This document shows positions 1-7,354 of a stretch of 26,046 nucleotides of DNA, piece by piece. A program made the translations under genes and the position numbers. Below the pieces are notes generated by a model. It was not told the origin of the DNA. It saw only the letters and a list, made by a program, of their open reading frames with translations, and did no database searches. Each line of letters begins with the position of its first letter. Positions within the stretch are counted from its first letter, which is position 1. The DNA comes from a virus. Taxonomy: Duplodnaviria > Caudoviricetes. The stretch covers positions 1 through 26,046 of IMG/VR virus record IMGVR_UViG_3300048848_000056, one strand, 5' to 3'.

Positions 1-1
1 A

Positions 2-202
2 CCGGCTTTCCAGACCATCAGCCGCTTCAACCCGTTCTTCTACATCATCTCGGGTTTCCGCTTCGGCTTCCTAGGCGCGAGCGACATCGGCGACACCAAC
101 ATGGCCGTGCTGCACACGGCAATCGGCCTGGGTGTGCTCAATCTAGTGTTGAGCGTCGTCACCTATCTAGTCCTGCGGTCAGGCTGGAAGCTCAAGAGCT
201 AG
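2..202 (+). CDS. 3' end of ABC-2 type transporter permease (YadH-like), truncated by window start
   Basis: Frame from base 2 reads PAFQTISRFNPFFYIISGFRFGFLG...LVLRSGWKLKS* (TAG 200-202). The NPxxY..GFR.GFLG motif and hydrophobic C-terminal helix are typical of ABC-2 permeases. Confidence 0.8.
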   Translation, partial: PAFQTISRFNPFFYIISGFRFGFLGASDIGDTNMAVLHTAIGLGVLNLVLSVVTYLVLRSGWKLKS

Positions 203-296
203 CACGGTGTGTTCAGCGCTTAAGGCGCGTAGAACAACTGAAGCATACTCGTGTCCGCGGCCACGGAGCCACGGAGGCGCACAAGGCCAACGATGA

Positions 297-677
297 TCAG
301 TGCGTCATGCCATGACGCATCCGATACCGCCCGTCCGCGAAATCCTCGAATATCTGAGCGATCGAAGGATGGTCAACAGGACCTCCTTCGCCGTCGCCAA
401 GCAGGTTCTGCTGGCTCACGTAAGCGACATAACTGGACTCCTCGTTCTCGGCGAGGAGATGGTAGAACGGCTGCTCGCGCGTGGGCCGAAACTCGAGTGG
501 GATGGACTCGTACCATTCCTCGCTGTTGGCAAAGACCGGGTCGATATCGAACACCACCCCGCGAAAGTCATGCGAGCGGTGGCGTACGATGTCACCGATC
601 GCAAAACGCGCACGAGCGCTGCGCGGCGCCTCGATCATGCGTCCAGCCTGGGGTGAGAAGAAGGATGCTCGGTTCAT
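297..677 (-). CDS. hspQ: Heat shock protein HspQ (YccV-like)
   Basis: 126 aa with F.IG.IVRH..FRGVVFDIDP.F.NSEEWY.SIP...QPFYHLLAEN...AYVSQQNL, the alphaproteobacterial HspQ signature. Confidence 0.92.
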   Translation of the reverse strand: MNRASFFSPQAGRMIEAPRSARARFAIGDIVRHRSHDFRGVVFDIDPVFANSEEWYESIPLEFRPTREQPFYHLLAENEESSYVAYVSQQNLLGDGEGGPVDHPSIAQIFEDFADGRYRMRHGMTH

Positions 678-684
678 GACGACG

Positions 685-712
685 ATATAGGCCGCGAGCC
701 GTTACGAGACAA
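685..712 (-). promoter_or_regulatory. Probable RpoH (sigma32) promoter of hspQ
   Basis: Minus strand TTG(712-710)-N18-CCTATAT(691-685) matches the alphaproteobacterial RpoH consensus and lies directly upstream of a heat-shock gene. Confidence 0.6.
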
Positions 713-754
713 CCAAGCCTCAGGGCACGCCGACTTATTCGCCGACATTTGGGC

Positions 755-783
755 TTGGCAAGTCCTCTCAACTTCGCTAACCG
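755..783 (+). promoter_or_regulatory. Probable housekeeping promoter of tRNA-Ser
   Basis: TTGGCA(755-760)-17 nt-TAACCG, in the GCTAAC context typical of alphaproteobacterial sigma70 promoters, about 50 nt upstream of the tRNA. Confidence 0.45.
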
Positions 784-830
784 CGCCCTTCGCTCGACCG
801 GCGGGACATCCCGTTACAGCGACGCTTCGC

Positions 831-921
<91 letters not shown>

Positions 922-923
922 GT

Positions 924-1075
924 ACTGTTCCAGACTAGTCCGAACCGTACCGAAAACCCTTTACAATCCGCAGTTTTCGGCCATTTCAGGACGGTAACTG
1001 TTCCAGACTGTTCCGACGTATGCCAGCCAAGCCCGGGGGCATTGTTGGGGCACCGGAACCCGGACGTGGGGGCAT
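924..1075 (+). repeat. att-arm region: directionality-factor-like direct repeats and integrase arm-type sites
   Basis: ACTGTTCCAGACT exact at 924-936 and 997-1009, each in a run of 10-bp units. GGGGGCAT at 1035-1042 and 1068-1075, TGGGGCAC at 1046-1053. All lie between the tRNA and int. Confidence 0.6.
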
Positions 1076-1078
1076 CGA

Positions 1079-2350
1079 GTGCTAACCGATCAGCAGTGCA
1101 AAGCGGCCAAGGCCGAGAGCAAGGCTGTGAAGCTATCCGATGCGCAGGGGCTCTACCTCTATGTGACGCCGTCTGGCTACAAGAGCTGGCGCCTCAAGTA
1201 TCGTTTCGGGGGCAAGGAGCGCAGGATCGTGTTCGGTCCATACCCGGACATCTCGCTTCGTCAGGCTCGGGAGTTGAGGGACGATGCTCGCCGCGAGTTG
1301 CGAGACGGCCGAGATCCGGGCGACGAGCACAAGCGGAAGGCGGCCAGGCGCACGATCGGCGTGGACGAGGCGCGCACCTTCAAGTCAGTCGCGTTGCGCT
1401 GGCTCGAGCTACAGAAACCGCAGTGGAAGCCAATCCACGCGAACGACGTCCTTCGCAGCCTCGAGCGGGAAGTCTTTCCCGTATTAGGCTCGGTGCCGAT
1501 CGACGAGGTGAGGGCGCCCAAGATCCGAGAGATGCTGCAGGCGGTGCAGGCGCAGGGAGCCATCGAAACTGCGCACAGGATCAGGCAGCGGATCTCGGCA
1601 GTGTTCCGATATGCGATCGCGTCGGACCTAGCCGAGACGGATCCCGCAGCCGCGATCGGCGATGCGCTTCAGGCCGTCGTGAAGGGCAAGCAGCCCGCCT
1701 TGCTGAAGCTGAAAGACTGCCAGTCGTTCCTGCGCGCCTTCGAGGCCGAGCCGGGCCATCCAACGACGAAGCTTGCATCTCGCCTTCTGGCCCTAACGGC
1801 TGCTCGCCCCGGCGTCGTACAGATGGCCGAAGTGGACGAGTTCGAGGATCTGGACGGTCCGGAGCCAATCTGGCGCATTCCGGCCGCGAAGATGAAGCTT
1901 TCCCGAGCCAAGTCAGAACGCGAGGAATTCGAGTTCATCATTCCGCTATCGGCTCAGGCGGTAGAGACGGTGAAAGCTGCCGCGGAGTTCGCCGGCCGGC
2001 GCGAGCATCTGTTTCCTTCGGCTCGACACTCGCATCGGCCGATCACCGAGAATGCGTTGAACACGGCTTACCGACGGTTGCCGGCTTTCGCAGGCCGGCA
2101 TGTGCCACACGGATGGCGATCGAGCTTCTCGACGATAATGAACGAGCGGGCGATCCACCAAGAGCGACCCGGCGATCGCGCGATCATCGATCTCATGCTT
2201 GCTCACCAGCCCGACGGCGTCGAAGCATCTTACAATCGAGCGGCATACATGCCGCGCCGGCGCGAGCTGGCGCAGGAGTGGGCGGACATGCTCATGCAAG
2301 GCTTCCAGCCGGCGCTCGCCCTGATCGAGATCAAGCGCCGCGTGCGCTGA
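1079..2350 (+). CDS. Tyrosine integrase 1, P4-like family with N-terminal arm-binding domain
   Basis: N-terminal K.SD..GLYL.V.PSG.KSWRLKYRF.GKE...G.YP.ISL..AR; catalytic residues ALTAAR, HGWR, LAH, ASYNR all present. Confidence 0.95.
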   Translation: MLTDQQCKAAKAESKAVKLSDAQGLYLYVTPSGYKSWRLKYRFGGKERRIVFGPYPDISLRQARELRDDARRELRDGRDPGDEHKRKAARRTIGVDEARTFKSVALRWLELQKPQWKPIHANDVLRSLEREVFPVLGSVPIDEVRAPKIREMLQAVQAQGAIETAHRIRQRISAVFRYAIASDLAETDPAAAIGDALQAVVKGKQPALLKLKDCQSFLRAFEAEPGHPTTKLASRLLALTAARPGVVQMAEVDEFEDLDGPEPIWRIPAAKMKLSRAKSEREEFEFIIPLSAQAVETVKAAAEFAGRREHLFPSARHSHRPITENALNTAYRRLPAFAGRHVPHGWRSSFSTIMNERAIHQERPGDRAIIDLMLAHQPDGVEASYNRAAYMPRRRELAQEWADMLMQGFQPALALIEIKRRVR

Positions 2351-2366
2351 CAATCGGTGGCCGCTC

Positions 2367-3194
2367 ATGACGGCTGCCACTCCAAGGGAAGCAACCCCGT
2401 TCGGTCTCCTCGCCGCCAAGATCACGCAGTCGAAGCTCGGCCGCAAGACGCGCGCCCTACTCGAGCGTGGCGACAGTCCGCGAAGCGGCGAGAAGGTTTG
2501 GCGCAACTCGTACACGGAAGGAACGATCGAGGATCGGGTGTGGAAGCCGATTCACGATGGCAGCACTCGCGGCGGGAAACGATGGACCGGCGCCCTGATG
2601 AAAGCGGCCCGGGATCTTGAGTATCGCACTCGTTTGGCGCGGCGAGAGAAGGAACCGGGAGCGCGCAACGGCGCTCTGGGCGAGGTCGGCCTTGAGGTCC
2701 TCGGCTTCATGTTCGAGACCGTCGATTTCATATCCGGTCGACTGGATCCGGCCATCGCCACGATCGCGGAGGCGATCGGGCGGTCGTACTCGGCTGTACA
2801 CGAGGCGCTATGTCGTCTGCGCACTCAGGGCTTCCTGCACTGGATGCGACGATCGCGCCCCATTGTGGATGCACAGCCGGATGGCCCTCAAGTCGAACAG
2901 ATCACGAACGCTTACGCGCTCCTCGTACCGGTCGAGATGAAGGGCTGGCTCGCGCTACTCCTCCGCAAGTGGAAGGCGCGTACGCCGCACTGCGAGGAGG
3001 ATCGCCGCAAGCACGAGCGAGAAGCCTACGACGCCATGCTGAGCACCCTTACGGTGGTGGAGCGGCACAACACGACGTGGAATGGCGATCGCCTGCTCGG
3101 CGAGACCCTGAAGAGCCTCGCTGCTTCGCTCGACAAGCGCGATGTCCTGGACCGCGAATCCGGCAGACATGGAGAAACCGGGGGATCATACTGA
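2367..3194 (+). CDS. HTH-domain plasmid-type replication initiator-like protein
   Basis: GALG.V.LEVL....VDF.SGRLDPAIATIAEAIGRSYSAVHEAL.RL...GFL.W.RR...Q..NAY resembles the winged-helix RepA-like proteins of small alphaproteobacterial plasmids; starts 16 bp after the int1 stop. Confidence 0.65.
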   Translation: MTAATPREATPFGLLAAKITQSKLGRKTRALLERGDSPRSGEKVWRNSYTEGTIEDRVWKPIHDGSTRGGKRWTGALMKAARDLEYRTRLARREKEPGARNGALGEVGLEVLGFMFETVDFISGRLDPAIATIAEAIGRSYSAVHEALCRLRTQGFLHWMRRSRPIVDAQPDGPQVEQITNAYALLVPVEMKGWLALLLRKWKARTPHCEEDRRKHEREAYDAMLSTLTVVERHNTTWNGDRLLGETLKSLAASLDKRDVLDRESGRHGETGGSY

Positions 3195-3345
3195 TCCTAT
3201 GACGACAGAAGACGCCTAGGGCGTCTTCAGGCACCAACTTCGCCTTCGGCTCAGCCCCGGTCGTACCGACCCCAGGCCGCAAGCACTGCTTTTTCAGCAA
3301 CGACGCTCCAGTCGGAGATGGCGCGCGCGGGCGGCTGCGCCGCCC
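3183..3345. repeat. Inverted-repeat cluster downstream of the rep-like gene (terminator and/or origin candidate)
   Basis: GGATCA-tac-TGATCC (3183-3197), GAAGACGCC-tag-GGCGTCTTC (3208-3228) and GGGCGGC-tgc-GCCGCCC (3329-3345), between convergent genes. Confidence 0.5.
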
Positions 3346-3418
3346 AGGGGCTGCCGAGGGGCCGGGAGCAAGGTCAGTGCCATTCTGCAGCCTTGCCCCG
3401 GCACCTTCGGTCGCGCTG

Positions 3419-4234
3419 TCAATCGAGCGCGAAGTTACTGATGAGCAGCTCGTTCACCCGCTTGCCGCTCCCGGCGGCCGCGGTGCCCATTGTCCAGGTC
3501 GTCTCGATGTCTTGGATCGAGAACGCGGCGAAGATCTCCCGCACCGCCGGCGCGTCGTTGATCGATAGGATGAACTTGCCGCGCGCGCCGGCGAGCACCG
3601 CGGCGAGCCGTTCGAAGTCCGCGCGGCCGAATGTATCCTTGCCGTAATCATCCTCGCAGCCGAAATAAGGCGGATCGAGGTAGAACAGCATGCCCGGCCG
3701 ATCGTACCGCGCGATGAATGTGTCGTAATGCAGCTGCTCGATCGTCACGCCGACAAGACGCTCGTGAATCTCGGCGAGCATCGGCTCGAGCTTCGAGACG
3801 TTGAAGCGCGCGCCCTGGCGGGCATCCACGCCAAAGGTACGGCCGATGACCTTGCCGCCAAAGGCGAGCTTCTGCAGATAGAGGAAACGCGCAGCGCGCT
3901 GGAGATCTGTGAGGCGAGCAGGGTCCATACCGCAGAGACGATCGAACTCGGCGCGGCTCGCTACGCGCCAGCGCAGCATGTCGATGAAGTAGGGATAGTG
4001 CTCCTGGAGCACGCGGAAGAAAGTGGCGACGTCGCCGGACAAGTCGTTGATGACTTCGACCTTTGGCCGCGCCGATCGGCGTAGGAAGATGCCGCCCATT
4101 CCGACAAACGGCTCGGCGTAGCCATCATGAGGTACGCGCTCGATGAGCGCGCAAATGCGACGGGCAAGGTTCCGCTTGCCGCCCTGATAACCAGCGGCGG
4201 GCGAGATGGGGCGAACGGTTTCAATTGACTCCAT
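3419..4234 (-). CDS. D12-class N6-adenine DNA methyltransferase (phage Dam-like, orphan)
   Basis: Y.GGK, EPFVGMGG (SAM motif), EVIND and FYLDPPY (catalytic). Start set at ATG 4234 (MESIETVRP) because the upstream in-frame extension to 4387 runs through a hairpin-rich region. Confidence 0.92.
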   Translation of the reverse strand: MESIETVRPISPAAGYQGGKRNLARRICALIERVPHDGYAEPFVGMGGIFLRRSARPKVEVINDLSGDVATFFRVLQEHYPYFIDMLRWRVASRAEFDRLCGMDPARLTDLQRAARFLYLQKLAFGGKVIGRTFGVDARQGARFNVSKLEPMLAEIHERLVGVTIEQLHYDTFIARYDRPGMLFYLDPPYFGCEDDYGKDTFGRADFERLAAVLAGARGKFILSINDAPAVREIFAAFSIQDIETTWTMGTAAAGSGKRVNELLISNFALD

Positions 4235-4256
4235 GAGAAGGGAGATGCTCCAAGAT

Positions 4257-4373
4257 CCCCGCCCGTATGCGCGGGTGCGGGGCGGCCAGTCGGCCAGCTG
4301 TGTCGTGGCGAGCTCAATCCTCGTCGGTGACCGGGTTACAGCCCGGAAACCCCCGCTCCCGACGCACGTCGGG
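4257..4373 (+). ncRNA. Candidate structured cloverleaf/tRNA-like RNA between the methyltransferase start and the integrase 2 stop
   Basis: Closing stem GCGGGG(4277-82)/CCCCGC(4351-56) encloses three hairpins (GGCC/GGCC, CGAG/CTCG, CCGGG/CCCGG), with flanking hairpins at 4262-4275 and 4358-4373. Strand is inferred from G-U extensions only. Confidence 0.45.
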
Positions 4374-4390
4374 GCAGAGAAACACATGAT

Positions 4391-5590
4391 TTAATGTGCG
4401 AGCAGTTCGCCCCAGTGGTCGAACAGCATGCGCCGGCGATCGAGCAGCTCGGCGCGGTTGTACGCGGCCTCGACCTTGTCCTTGGGAGTGTGGGCGAGCG
4501 CGCGATCGATGTCCGCTTGAGCGTCGGGCCCGAGCGTCTCGTTCAAGATCGTCGAGAAGCTCGAGCGCCAGCCATGCGGCACGTGGCGCCCAGCGAAGCC
4601 GGCGCGATCATACAGCGCGCCGATCGCGCCCTCGCCGATGGGCCGAAGACGATCACGCCCCGGGAAGACGAGGGCTTCACCCCCGATCAACATGCGGTCA
4701 ACCCCGTGTTCGGCCGCCGCGTCGCTCAGGACTGCGACGGCCGCGGCCGAGAGCGGCACCAAGTGTGAGAAGCGCGCGTCTTGCTTCTTCGCCTTCTTCA
4801 GCTTCATGCGCGCCGCCGGCACGCGCCATAGCGGTGCTTCGCCGTCCAGGTCCTCGATCTCGCTCCAGCGCATGCCCCGAACCGCCTCAAGGCGCACGGC
4901 GGTCAGCGCCAGGAAGCGCGACGCCAATCTGATCGACGCGCGGGCGGGCTCGCGATCGGCGCGCTCAAGCAGCTCGCGGCATTGCTCGAGCTTGACCAGG
5001 GCGGGCTGTTGGCGCGGCGCGCGCACTGAGATCATCGCTCGACCGAGGTGCTGCGCGGGATCACCGTTGACCAAGCCTTCGGCAATGCCGAAGCCGAAGA
5101 TGGCGGAGAGGCGCTGCCGCAATCGACGTGCGGTCTCGGCGCAACCCCGCGCTTCGACATCGCGCAAGACCTGCAGCAGCTCGCGCGGCTCGATCTCGCC
5201 GGCGGACTTCGCGCCGATCGCCGGGAACACGTCGCGCTCCAGGCTGGCCAGGACGTCGCAGGCGTGGGTCGGGGACCAGGTGCTCTCGGCATGCCGGTAC
5301 CAAGCGCGCGCGAGCTGCTCGAATGTCTCGAGTACTTCCCGCACGGCCGACGGATCCACGCCGGCGCGCAGCTGGGCCTTCGCGTTCTCGCGCCGGCTGC
5401 GCGCCTCGCCCAGGGAGATCTCGGGGAAGCGGCCGAGCACGAGCAGCTTCTCTTTGCCCTGCCATCGGTACTTCAGCCGCCACGACTTGCAGCCAGCGGG
5501 CGTCACGAAAAGGTAGAGGCCGCCGGCGTCGCTCATCTTATAGGCGCGCGTCTGCGCGGCCGCGGCTTTCACCGCACCGTTGGTCAGCAT
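4391..5590 (-). CDS. Tyrosine integrase 2, P4-like family, paralogous to integrase 1
   Basis: Start ATG 5590 (MLTNGAVKAA) behind AGAGGA RBS. Arm domain SDAGGLYL.V.PAG.KSWRLKYR; catalytic ALTAVR, HGWR, LAH, AAYNR intact. Confidence 0.93.
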   Translation of the reverse strand: MLTNGAVKAAAAQTRAYKMSDAGGLYLFVTPAGCKSWRLKYRWQGKEKLLVLGRFPEISLGEARSRRENAKAQLRAGVDPSAVREVLETFEQLARAWYRHAESTWSPTHACDVLASLERDVFPAIGAKSAGEIEPRELLQVLRDVEARGCAETARRLRQRLSAIFGFGIAEGLVNGDPAQHLGRAMISVRAPRQQPALVKLEQCRELLERADREPARASIRLASRFLALTAVRLEAVRGMRWSEIEDLDGEAPLWRVPAARMKLKKAKKQDARFSHLVPLSAAAVAVLSDAAAEHGVDRMLIGGEALVFPGRDRLRPIGEGAIGALYDRAGFAGRHVPHGWRSSFSTILNETLGPDAQADIDRALAHTPKDKVEAAYNRAELLDRRRMLFDHWGELLAH

Positions 5591-5601
5591 ATGTTCCTCT
5601 G

Positions 5602-5769
5602 ATGTCGAAAGAGCTCGAGCTGCCGCCGTGTCCACTATGCAGAAGCCGTGTGGTGTTTCGCTATCGCTCGAGTGAGTTCAGCCAGGTTGGCGTCACGTGT
5701 ATGGACTGCAGCTGCCGAGCGCCGCTCACGTCCTGGATGAAGCGACCGCCGGTTGATCGCGGCGGATGA
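5602..5769 (+). CDS. Possible 55-aa zinc-ribbon protein (Lar restriction-alleviation-like)
   Basis: MSKELELPPCPLC...VGVTCMDCSCRAP has a CxxC...CxxC pair in a Lar-like arrangement. No RBS is visible and it starts only 11 bp from the divergent int2 start. Confidence 0.3.
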   Translation: MSKELELPPCPLCRSRVVFRYRSSEFSQVGVTCMDCSCRAPLTSWMKRPPVDRGG

Positions 5770-5934
5770 CCCTCACGGCGTAGTATGCATTCTTGGCGTG
5801 CAAATATGCATTCGTACGATGCAAAATTGCATGATCGAGGCGGATAATCCCTCCGCCCCGATCTATGGAAACTAAGGGTAATCCGCCAAGAGTGAAGCCG
5901 TCGCTTGTACGCGATACCCCGTCCGATACCCCCC
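5761..5934. repeat. att-like / regulatory repeat cluster upstream of integrase 2
   Basis: Core-like palindrome GGCGGA-taatccc-TCCGCC (5839-5857); tandem GATACCCC (5913-5920, 5925-5932); 13-bp inverted pair 5761-5773/5875-5887; 21-bp tandem repeat 5784-5825. Confidence 0.55.
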
Positions 5935-5963
5935 AAGTGGAGCGATGGTCTTGCGGTGCAGCC

Positions 5964-6677
5964 CTAGTAAAGCTCTCGAAACGGCACGGTCGCCGTTGCG
6001 GAGCACACGCCATAGAGCGCCGCAGCCGTGGGCCAGTTGTCGGCGGCATAGGCCGTAGCGGCAAGTGGCCAGCCTGTTGCGAGCGTCACTCCCGGTCCGC
6101 CAAACGCGCATTGCACGGCCGTGGTGACGGTGACATCAATCCTTTGGCGCCCGGGCCGTGCTGCAGCGACCAACGTTGCCGTAGTGCCCACGGTGGCCTG
6201 GCCGGTAACGATGTTGGCGCCGCCCTTGTTGATGACGTAAGCGCCGCCGGTGTCGCCGCGACAGCGGTCCCAAGTCGACCCATTAAACAGGTAGCAACGA
6301 CTGATCGACTGAAGGCCCATGAAGGAGCTACCGCCTGAGAGGCCATCAGAACTGGACGACACGATCGCGGCGGTGCTGGCGCCGCTGGTGATTGCGAAGC
6401 CTGTGTTGCCGATCAGGCCTCCCGCCTGCAGCGGATTGCCGAGCGCGGCGATGATGGTGTCCTGCTTGGCCGAAGTCGCGGCGCCGGCCGGGACAGTGCC
6501 GCTGTCGGTCGCGCATGGCGCCCATGTCGTGCCATTGTCGCTCGAGCAGAATGTCGCTTGGCCCGGCAGGAACCCTGCCGGCGCCTTCGCTGGCGTCCCG
6601 GGTGCAATCTGCGCCAGAGCGACGCAAGGCAGGAGGGCGAGCGCCAGCGCACCCGCGGTGCGAGATAGAAGCTTCAT
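5964..6677 (-). CDS. Hypothetical exported protein with signal peptide, 237 aa
   Basis: MKLLSRTAGALALALLPCVALA|Q Sec-type signal; GAAAGGA RBS; Gly/Ala/Thr-rich beta-type body with several Cys. Confidence 0.75.
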   Translation of the reverse strand: MKLLSRTAGALALALLPCVALAQIAPGTPAKAPAGFLPGQATFCSSDNGTTWAPCATDSGTVPAGAATSAKQDTIIAALGNPLQAGGLIGNTGFAITSGASTAAIVSSSSDGLSGGSSFMGLQSISRCYLFNGSTWDRCRGDTGGAYVINKGGANIVTGQATVGTTATLVAAARPGRQRIDVTVTTAVQCAFGGPGVTLATGWPLAATAYAADNWPTAAALYGVCSATATVPFRELY

Positions 6678-6713
6678 GATGATCCTTTCAGGAAAGCAGT
6701 TAGGCTGCCAGGA

Positions 6714-7289
6714 TCAACCGGGCTCGCCGCAGATGATCCTGGTGAGCAGCGGCAGCACGTCGACGCGCTTGGCGTTGACTGGCCGATACGAGGGCTTAGC
6801 GACGGAATAGACCGGTGCGCACAGATCCTCGGGCCACACGCCATCGAAGAACATGCCTTGCTCGATATCGGCGCGCTCCGCTGCGTTGCCGCGATCGGTC
6901 CAGTTCATGAAGCTGTCGCGAGCCTCGGCGCGCTTGCCGGCGCACCAGTCCGCTACCCACTCGGCGCGACGGATCGCACCATAGTGCCACTCGAACGACA
7001 ACGCTGCGGCAAGCTGGATCTCGCTCAGATCGTGGCCCGCAAAAGCGCGAAGCACAGTGGGGTAGTATTGACCCCGCATCAGGTCGACAGTTGCGCGCAG
7101 GCACACTTCCAGCGGCTGCGGCTTGTCCTTGTACTGCAGCACGTCGAAGCCCGACTTGGTCGAGATGCCTCCCGCCCAGGTCCAAACCGGAGGCTTCGCG
7201 TTGTCCTTGTACGCCTCGAGCACAATGCCTTCGACGCTGCAGCAGTACGCGGCGATGCGCGGCGTCAACGCCGTAACGGTGATGTCCAT
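6714..7289 (-). CDS. Endolysin, GH24 lysozyme-like
   Basis: EGIVLEAYKD-NAKPPVW-T gives an E-x8-D...T triad; Q..AA.SF..H.G and F..W motifs; located after small membrane-protein genes. Confidence 0.8.
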   Translation of the reverse strand: MDITVTALTPRIAAYCCSVEGIVLEAYKDNAKPPVWTWAGGISTKSGFDVLQYKDKPQPLEVCLRATVDLMRGQYYPTVLRAFAGHDLSEIQLAAALSFEWHYGAIRRAEWVADWCAGKRAEARDSFMNWTDRGNAAERADIEQGMFFDGVWPEDLCAPVYSVAKPSYRPVNAKRVDVLPLLTRIICGEPG

Positions 7290-7354
7290 CGGTGATCCTT
7301 TGATGACGAGTGCAGGACGGCCAGCGCGCCGTGACGATCGCGTGGTTCGAAGTG

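Noticed and set aside
4277-4356. Second tRNA gene (loop CT-CAA-TC would suggest Leu)
   Set aside because: Lacks the conserved D-loop GG, TTCRA and CCA, and arm spacing is wrong; kept only as a tRNA-like candidate.
4235-4387. 51-aa N-terminal extension of the methyltransferase, or a Com-like zinc-finger gene upstream of it
   Set aside because: No CxxC pairs on the coding strand; the region is better explained as structured non-coding sequence.
924-5934. CRISPR-like array among the short repeats
   Set aside because: Only 2-3 copies each, no regular spacers and no cas genes.
6612-6677. Lipoprotein (o-spanin/u-spanin) reading of the 237-aa protein via Cys18
   Set aside because: LLP-C is not a lipobox; A-L-A|Q fits signal peptidase I.
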